NCBI GenBank assembly: GCA_963677105.1
Contig: OY781871.1
Coordinates: 570,001-602,000 of the forward strand
Direction of reading: 5' to 3'
DNA: 32,000 bases
From: Candidatus Saccharimonadota bacterium
Lineage (GTDB): Bacteria > Patescibacteriota > Gracilibacteria > UBA4473
Shown here: positions 26,428 through 32,000 of the stretch, one piece after another
Position numbering within the stretch: the stretch's first letter is position 1
Layout: every line of letters begins with the position of its first letter
Made by a program: the position numbers and the translations under genes
The notes under the pieces: model-generated
What the model was told of the DNA's origin: nothing
What the model saw: only the letters and a program-made list of their open reading frames with translations
Databases searched by the model: none

Positions 26428-27744
26428 ATGGATAAATTTTTTTCACCAAAAACAGTTGCCGTTGTGGGTGCGTCAGGAAAATCAGGAAAAACCGGACATG
26501 AGGTATTAAAAAATATTATTGAAGGAGGGTTTTCAGGAGAAATCTATCCAATTAATTTACATGAAGAAGAGATTTTGGGAAAACCTACGTACGAATCTTT
26601 GGGAAAAACACCAAAACTTGCAGAACTAGTTATGGTTGTGATTCCAGCGAAACACGTTCCAGAAATTATTGAAGAAGGAGCAAAATTAGGAATTACAAAT
26701 TTTGTCATTATTACGGCTGGATTTGGAGAAATAGGGAAAACTGGTGAAGAATTAGACGCTAAACTTTTGCAAATTATTGAAAAATACGATCTTCGTGTCA
26801 TGGGACCGAATTGTTTAGGAGTCATTTCTCCCGCTTCAAAGTTAAATGCTGCTTTTGGTGGGAAAATTCCTGCGATGGGAAATGTGGCACTTTTTTCTCA
26901 GTCTGGAGCAATTATTTCTTCTCTTTGTGATTGGTCTGGAATTCGAAATTTTGGCTTTAGTAAAATTGTTTCACTTGGAAATAAGCTTCAACTTGATGAA
27001 AACGAATGTTTACAATATTTAGAACAGGACAGTGACACCAAGGTCGTTGTGTTGTTTTTAAAACATTTCCGAGATAAAAAAGTTTTTTTGAAACTTTGTG
27101 CTCGTATTACAAAACGAAAAACTATTATTCTGTATAAATCGGGAAAAGAAAGCATGAATGACAAAATTCTTGAAGAAGAGTTGAAAAATGCGGGAATTTT
27201 ACAGGTCAAAAGTTTAGAAGATTTGTATGAATTAACACATATTTGTAGCTCATTGCCAACGCCTAAAGGAAATTCTATAACGGTTGTTACCAATGCTGGT
27301 GGACCAGGAGTTATAGCAAAAGACAGTATTGAAGACTCTTCGATGCTAGAGTTTGCTGATTTTTCTGAGGAAGTAAAAAATGAACTTGTCGAAGTTTTGC
27401 CAGAGGAGGCTCTCCCAATAAATCCACTTGATTTAATAGGAGACGCGCGCGCGAATCTATATAGCGCAAGTTTAGAAATAGTTTTGAGAAACGATGTTAC
27501 AGATTCCTTGGTAGTAATTCTTTCTCCACAAGCAATGACTCAAGCAGGAGCATCTGCAAAAGCAATTATTGCTGCCAAAGAGAAATTTCCAGAAACGCCA
27601 ATAGTTACCTCTTTTCTTGGAGGAACATCGGTTCAAGAGGCAAAAAATCTTTTACTAGAAAATGAAATCCCCTGCTTTCTTGATCCGGCTCGTGCGATCT
27701 GGGCAATCGAAAAACTGAATTTTGTTCGAGAAAATCAACAATAA
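26428..27744 (+). CDS. CoA-binding, ADP-forming acetyl-CoA synthetase alpha-like (succinyl-CoA ligase alpha-like) protein, apparently lacking the phosphohistidine loop
   Basis: 438 aa. FFSPKTVAVVGASGKSGKTGHEVLKNI (CoA-binding Rossmann), GPNCLGV, FSQSGA and VVTNAGGPGVIAKD. No ATP-grasp beta subunit or domain lies nearby. Confidence 0.7.
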   Translation: MDKFFSPKTVAVVGASGKSGKTGHEVLKNIIEGGFSGEIYPINLHEEEILGKPTYESLGKTPKLAELVMVVIPAKHVPEIIEEGAKLGITNFVIITAGFGEIGKTGEELDAKLLQIIEKYDLRVMGPNCLGVISPASKLNAAFGGKIPAMGNVALFSQSGAIISSLCDWSGIRNFGFSKIVSLGNKLQLDENECLQYLEQDSDTKVVVLFLKHFRDKKVFLKLCARITKRKTIILYKSGKESMNDKILEEELKNAGILQVKSLEDLYELTHICSSLPTPKGNSITVVTNAGGPGVIAKDSIEDSSMLEFADFSEEVKNELVEVLPEEALPINPLDLIGDARANLYSASLEIVLRNDVTDSLVVILSPQAMTQAGASAKAIIAAKEKFPETPIVTSFLGGTSVQEAKNLLLENEIPCFLDPARAIWAIEKLNFVRENQQ

Positions 27745-27750
27745 AACGTT

Positions 27751-28779
27751 TTAAGTATTGATTTTTTCGTTTGTCATTTCAGAATTTCGTTGAATAATTT
27801 CTGTCCACAAGTTTTTGTCTCGTTCCATTCGATCATTGTCATAATCCCATATTTCCCTGAGTCTTGGAAAATCAGCTGGATTAAATGGTGCACGAGTTGC
27901 GATTCGAATCAGTCTTTTATATTCCGTAGGAATATATTCAGCACTTGTTGCAGAAAGTACCATTAATCGCGCGAAAGTATTTGGAAGTTGTCTTACATTA
28001 TCTGCATGAAGTGTGTCCAATTTGACATATGTGTCAGGAATATATCCGGCCCAAGTAGCTGAAAGATTTGTTAGATTTTTCAAAGAAGGAGGAAGGAAGT
28101 AAGCCGCATCTGCCTTAAGTTCAGTTAGACTCGTTAAAGTATCCGGAATAAACATAGTTCCGTTTGCAGAGAGAAAAGTTAATTTTGGAAGATTCTCCGG
28201 AATATTGAACATCGATTTATCAGCGATAAGTGATTTTAAGTTCACGAGTTTTTCTATTTCCACTTTCATTTCATTTGAAATTTCTCCTTCAATTGTAAGC
28301 CTGGTAGTTGTTTTAATTGGATATTCTTTTCCTTCAATAGTTACAAATGGAGGAACTTTTTCAACAGATTCTGTTACAGCGTCAGTGGACTTTTTTACCT
28401 TTTCCACACCAAGTTCTCCGTCTTTTTCTATCATTTTCAGTCCTTCAAATTCATTTGGATTATCTACATTATAACCGAGTTTTGTTAAACGATTTAATGC
28501 ATCAAATGTTTTTTTATGCTCTTTTGTTTTCCAACTATCTGTTGGTTCATTAAAAAATTCCGCTAACTGTATAGACAAGAGTTCATCCGTACGAAATACG
28601 TGTCCAGCTTCCAGCTTGAGGGACTGTTTTTCTTTTCCAAGTTTTTCATAAAAAACATCACGCTCAGCCTGTTGATCTTGTGAAATTCCTCCTACCTCTT
28701 TGTGCCAATCAAATTGTTCAGAAAAAGAGACGAAATTACAGAAATCTTTTTTAAAAGCTATTTTGTGCAAGAATTTCAT
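27751..28779 (-). CDS. Hypothetical protein with 6-7 tandem 18-residue LRR-like repeats
   Basis: 342 aa. The C-terminal half is periodic: LTFLSANGTMFIPDTLTS / LTELKADAAYFLPPSLKN / LTNLSATWAGYIPDTYVK / LDTLHADNVRQLPNTFAR / LMVLSATSAEYIPTEYKR. Confidence 0.6.
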   Translation of the reverse strand: MKFLHKIAFKKDFCNFVSFSEQFDWHKEVGGISQDQQAERDVFYEKLGKEKQSLKLEAGHVFRTDELLSIQLAEFFNEPTDSWKTKEHKKTFDALNRLTKLGYNVDNPNEFEGLKMIEKDGELGVEKVKKSTDAVTESVEKVPPFVTIEGKEYPIKTTTRLTIEGEISNEMKVEIEKLVNLKSLIADKSMFNIPENLPKLTFLSANGTMFIPDTLTSLTELKADAAYFLPPSLKNLTNLSATWAGYIPDTYVKLDTLHADNVRQLPNTFARLMVLSATSAEYIPTEYKRLIRIATRAPFNPADFPRLREIWDYDNDRMERDKNLWTEIIQRNSEMTNEKINT

Positions 28780-28852
28780 GGTTTTACAACGAATAAAATC
28801 ACTACATTATATCACAATTATTCCCAAATAACAATAAAACATCGATACAAAC

Positions 28853-28880
28853 TTGACAGTATTTAAGTCAACGCTACACT
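28853..28880 (+). promoter_or_regulatory. Putative promoter of the rplF operon: TTGACA-16-TACACT
   Basis: cTTGACAgtatttaagtcaacgcTACACTctc. The leader is about 75 nt and contains the hairpin gactta-atgtac-taagtc (28887..28904). Confidence 0.5.
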
Positions 28881-28958
28881 CTCACCGACTTAATGTACTA
28901 AGTCTCGTCTAAGCTTGCTAAAAAGGCAGTGCTGCAGCGGTTCCTAATAAATTGGAAA

Positions 28959-29507
28959 ATGTCACGAATTGGAAAAAAACCTGTATCCGTACCGTCTGGA
29001 GTCGAAATTTCGATTGAGGCGAATGTTTTAAAAGTAAAAGGCGCAAAAGGAGAACTTGTTGTTCCGTTTGAGGCAGAGTATGTTTCATTCGCTCAAGAAG
29101 GAGATGTAATCAACGTTACTCGTGTGGATGATACGAAATTGGCTCGTGCTCGTCACGGACTTTATCGTTCGTTGCTTGCAAATGCTATAGAAGGAGTAAC
29201 AAATGGGTATTCAAAATCACTTGAAATCAAGGGAGTTGGATATCGAGGAGCGCTCAAAGGGAACGGAATAGAACTTCAGTTAGGATTTTCTCATCCTATT
29301 TTTCTTGAGTTACCAGAGGGTATAACAATCGAATTTGATAAGAAAAACGCAAACTTGTTTACCGTATCAGGGATTGATAAACAATTAGTGGGACAAATTG
29401 CTGCAAATATTCGAGCATTTAAGAAACCTGAACCATATAAAGGAAAAGGAATTCGCTATACAGACGAACATGTTGTTCGAAAAGCTGGTAAATCCGCTTC
29501 TAAATAA
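28959..29507 (+). CDS. rplF: 50S ribosomal protein L6
   Basis: MSRIGKKPVSVPSGVEI.. is the canonical L6 N-terminus. The ORF-track start at 28929 is a GTG that would add 10 non-conserved residues. Confidence 0.95.
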   Translation: MSRIGKKPVSVPSGVEISIEANVLKVKGAKGELVVPFEAEYVSFAQEGDVINVTRVDDTKLARARHGLYRSLLANAIEGVTNGYSKSLEIKGVGYRGALKGNGIELQLGFSHPIFLELPEGITIEFDKKNANLFTVSGIDKQLVGQIAANIRAFKKPEPYKGKGIRYTDEHVVRKAGKSASK

Positions 29508-29520
29508 TCTATGAATTGAG

Positions 29521-29862
29521 ATGACAAAATCTACAAAACAAGAACGGCAAACTGCTCGCGCGCGAAGAACGCACGCAATAGCACGTGTTTCTGGGCGTCC
29601 ACGATTGTTGGTTATTCGAACAAATCGAACGATTAATGCACACATAATGGATGATGCAGCCGGAAAAATTTTGTGCGGAGCATCTGGACTCAAAACAGGA
29701 AAAACTGGAATTGAGGCAGCAATAGAAGTTGGTACCAATATCGCTAAAGCAGCGAAAACGAATAAAATTACTCAGGTTACGTTTGATCGTAATGGGTACA
29801 AATATCACGGTCAAGTAAAAGCTTTGGCTGATGCCGCTCGGAAAGCGGGACTAGAGTTCTGA
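29521..29862 (+). CDS. rplR: 50S ribosomal protein L18
   Basis: 113 aa. RARRTHAIARVSGRPRLLVIRTNRTINAHIMDD.. and C-terminal FDRNGYKYHGQVKALADAARKAGLEF. Confidence 0.95.
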   Translation: MTKSTKQERQTARARRTHAIARVSGRPRLLVIRTNRTINAHIMDDAAGKILCGASGLKTGKTGIEAAIEVGTNIAKAAKTNKITQVTFDRNGYKYHGQVKALADAARKAGLEF

Positions 29863-29893
29863 GTACTCTTGAGAAAAATTTATCCACTCTATT

Positions 29894-30652
29894 ATGACAG
29901 AGGAGAACAAAACGGCACCAGAAGCAGTAGAAACTGCGAAAACAGAGGAGGCAGCTCCTGCTCCAGAAGCGAAAGCGGAAGAACGTCCTCAACGTGAACG
30001 TCGACCACGTCGCGGAGGAGGAAGAGGAGGGAGAAAGCCAAGAGAAGCGAAAGAATTTGAAGAAGCAATTTTACAAATTGATCGTGTTACTCGTGTGGTA
30101 AAAGGAGGGCGACGTCTTCGTTTTCGATTAACAGTAGTTATCGGAGATAAAAAAGGACGAGTTGGATTTGGAATTGGAAAATCTGCCGAGGTTATGACAG
30201 CTATTCAAAAAGCTGTTGTACAAGCAAAACGGAACATGATTACTGTTCCAATGAATAAAGGAACGTTGCCACACGCTGCAAATGCACAATTTAAAGCGTC
30301 TCGGGTTTTATTATTTCCTGCACCAGAAGGTAAGGGAGTTATTGCTGGAGGAGCCGTTCGTAAAATTTTAGAACTTGCTGGAGTGAGAGATGTTTTATCT
30401 AAATCTCATGGTTCACGAAATAAATTAAATGTAGCATGCGCAACATTTAACGCATTACAATCACTTGAGACAGCAAAGAATCCTGGAGCAAAAATTACAA
30501 AAGAAGATGTAGCAATGGAAGAAAAGGTTGAAGAGAAAAAAGAACAGACAACAAAAGAAACTCCAAAGAAAGTGGCAGAAACAAAAAATCCTGCCAAAAA
30601 ACCAGCAGCGAAAAAACCAGCTGCAAAGAAAACTGATTCAGAGAAAAAATGA
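29894..30652 (+). CDS. rpsE: 30S ribosomal protein S5 with N- and C-terminal low-complexity extensions
   Basis: The core IDRVTRVVKGGRRLRFRLTVVIGDKKGRVGFGIGKSAEV..VIAGGAVRKILELAGV is canonical S5. It is flanked by a ~55-aa Ala/Glu/Pro plus RGG N-terminus and a ~60-aa Lys/Ala/Pro C-terminus. Confidence 0.95.
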   Translation: MTEENKTAPEAVETAKTEEAAPAPEAKAEERPQRERRPRRGGGRGGRKPREAKEFEEAILQIDRVTRVVKGGRRLRFRLTVVIGDKKGRVGFGIGKSAEVMTAIQKAVVQAKRNMITVPMNKGTLPHAANAQFKASRVLLFPAPEGKGVIAGGAVRKILELAGVRDVLSKSHGSRNKLNVACATFNALQSLETAKNPGAKITKEDVAMEEKVEEKKEQTTKETPKKVAETKNPAKKPAAKKPAAKKTDSEKK

Positions 30653-31086
30653 ATTTATTAAGTAAATTGGCTCCGAAGGTCGCTAAAAAAGCGAAAATGC
30701 GAAAAGGTCAGGGAAATGGGACAAAAGGAACATTTGCTGGTCGAGGGAAAAACGGACAAAATTGCCGAGCAGGTGGGGGAGTTCGTCCTGGATTTGAAGG
30801 AGGACAAAGTGGACTTCTTATGCGTATGCCAAAATTGCGAGGCTTCAAAAATCCTAATCGAGTTGAAGCACAAGTCGTCAATCTTGATAAGATTGAACTT
30901 ACATTCAAAGATGGCGCAGATGTAAATGTAGTGTCTCTGGCCGAAGCAGGATTAATTCGTAAGAATAATGCTAAAATTAAAATTTTGGGAGATGGAGAAA
31001 TTACAAAAAAAATAAATGTAGAAGGAGTGCTTGTGTCAAAAAGTGCGAAAGCAGCTATTGAAAAAGCAGGAGGAACGGTAAAATAA
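30649..31086 (+). CDS. rplO: 50S ribosomal protein L15
   Basis: 145 aa. KMRKGQGNGTKGTFAGRGKNGQNCRAGGGVRPGFEGGQSGLLMRMPKLRGF. The start overlaps the S5 stop (ATGA). Confidence 0.95.
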   Translation: MNLLSKLAPKVAKKAKMRKGQGNGTKGTFAGRGKNGQNCRAGGGVRPGFEGGQSGLLMRMPKLRGFKNPNRVEAQVVNLDKIELTFKDGADVNVVSLAEAGLIRKNNAKIKILGDGEITKKINVEGVLVSKSAKAAIEKAGGTVK

Positions 31087-31108
31087 ATTTTCAGTAAAAT
31101 GAAAACGG

Positions 31109-31137
31109 AGAGCTTCATCACGTGAGGCTCTTTTTTG
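31109..31137 (+). terminator. Intrinsic terminator after rplO
   Basis: agagcttca-tcacg-tgaggctct, a 9-bp stem with one G.U pair, followed by tttttg. Confidence 0.75.
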
Positions 31138-31197
31138 TTACTGGAATTTATTTGAGAAAAAAAGGGTTTAGTTGTTCGGTTCGATACAGAGGAAAAC

Positions 31198-31226
31198 TTG
31201 ACTTTTAAGTGCTTCGTCGCTACATT
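31198..31226 (+). promoter_or_regulatory. Putative guaB promoter: TTGACT-17-TACATT
   Basis: aaacTTGACTtttaagtgcttcgtcgcTACATTtta. The leader is about 26 nt, too short for a purine riboswitch. Confidence 0.5.
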
Positions 31227-31258
31227 TTATAAAATTTTTCTGACAAACTTTGAAAATC

Positions 31259-32000
31259 ATGAAAACAATTCGTACAGCGCTCACATTTGATGACGTATTA
31301 CTCGTTCCTCAGTATTCTGAAATATTACCGAATCAGGTAGATCCTAGTACGAAGTTTACACGAAATATTGATATAAAAATCCCACTTGTTTCTTCTGCGA
31401 TGGACACAGTGACAGAATCAGACATGGCGATTACAATGGCTCTTTTGGGAGGAATTGGAGTAATTCATAAAAATTGTACGCCAGATGAACAAGCGTCAAT
31501 GGTACGAAAAGTGAAACGTTTTGAAAACGGATTTATTCATGAGCCACTTGTCCTTTCTCCAACACATAAAATTACAGATGTGATTAATATTCGAAAAGAG
31601 AAACACTTCAAATCGATTCCTATAACAGTGGACGGAACATTAGCTACAAAAGTAATTGGAATGGTTTCTCGAAATGATTACCTGGAAAAGAAACATTCAA
31701 CTTGTACGTGTGAAGAACGAATGACACCAATTGAAGATTTACTTACAGCCAAAACTCCGTTAACCCTTTCAAAAGCCAATGATGTATTAGAAGAATCAAA
31801 ACATTCAAAGCTTTTGATTTTAAATAACGATGGGACGCTACATGCGTTGATTACTCGTCGAGATTTGGAGCAAAATGAAATGTTTCCATTAGCGACAAAA
31901 GATTCTCGAAAACGATTACGTGTTGCAGCAGCATGTGGACCAGCTCACAATCGAGACGAACGAGTAAAAAAATTGGTAACGGCAGGAGTTGATGTTTTAG
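31259..32000 (+). CDS. guaB: IMP dehydrogenase, N-terminal 247 aa (3' end beyond the window)
   Basis: Hand translation: MKTIRTALTFDDVLLVPQYSEILPNQVD..IPLVSSAMDTVTESDMAITMALLGGIGVIHKN.., followed by a CBS pair region. It is absent from the ORF track, presumably because no stop codon is reached before the window edge. Confidence 0.93.
   Translation, partial: MKTIRTALTFDDVLLVPQYSEILPNQVDPSTKFTRNIDIKIPLVSSAMDTVTESDMAITMALLGGIGVIHKNCTPDEQASMVRKVKRFENGFIHEPLVLSPTHKITDVINIRKEKHFKSIPITVDGTLATKVIGMVSRNDYLEKKHSTCTCEERMTPIEDLLTAKTPLTLSKANDVLEESKHSKLLILNNDGTLHALITRRDLEQNEMFPLATKDSRKRLRVAAACGPAHNRDERVKKLVTAGVDVL

Noticed and set aside
30600-30700. Looked for a short rpmD (L30) ORF between rpsE and rplO.
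   Set aside because: The S5 stop and the L15 start overlap (ATGA), so no space or alternative frame encodes an L30-like peptide.

Overview
AT-rich, gene-dense window made up almost entirely of housekeeping genes. It uses the standard genetic code, since TGA is used as a stop and conserved proteins are full length. It looks like a streamlined bacterial chromosome of the CPR/Patescibacteria type: S5 runs directly into L15 with no L30 gene, the 16S rRNA gene stands alone, and intergenic regions are very short. That lineage guess is inference, not a database result.

Contents, left to right:
- clpC (5' partial), pheT, a small YtxH-like membrane ORF, uvrB.
- asnS (-), an orphan 115-aa ORF, murC-gpmI (-), a PilX-like pseudopilin.
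- pyrH, rdgB and rbfA (-).
- A self-contained 32-aa mini-gene.
- A DnaQ-exonuclease/DinG-like fusion coupled to a long gpsA-like gene, then a convergent membrane protein.
- DUF192 lipoprotein, then dus-Trm9-like methyltransferase-xthA.
- An HD-domain protein and ychF (-), a candidate structured sRNA, a DUF5684 membrane protein (-).
- A solitary 16S rRNA (-) with its promoter, processing stem and terminator.
- A TM/HEPN-like protein plus a CoA-binding ACD-alpha-like protein.
- An LRR-like repeat protein (-).
- An isolated rplF-rplR-rpsE-rplO operon and guaB (3' partial).

I found no CRISPR array, transposase, integrase, prophage or tRNA. I also see no clear multi-gene novel system.

The observations most worth following up:
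1. The 16S 3' tail reads CCGCC where the anti-Shine-Dalgarno CCUCC should be. Alongside this, SD motifs are nearly absent, many -10 boxes sit 6-9 nt from the ATG (leaderless architecture), and ATGA stop/start overlaps are frequent.
2. A promoter-to-terminator mini-gene carries the only canonical GGAGG in the window.
3. A candidate sRNA of about 178 nt is closed by a strand-specific 24-bp helix.
4. A DinG-like protein keeps intact exonuclease motifs, but all of its ATPase motifs are substituted.
5. An ACD-alpha-like protein lacks the phosphohistidine loop and sits next to a membrane HEPN-like protein.
6. An 18-residue LRR-like repeat protein.
7. The otherwise syntenic ribosomal protein cluster is broken.

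All homology calls come from reading motifs by eye, and no searches were run.
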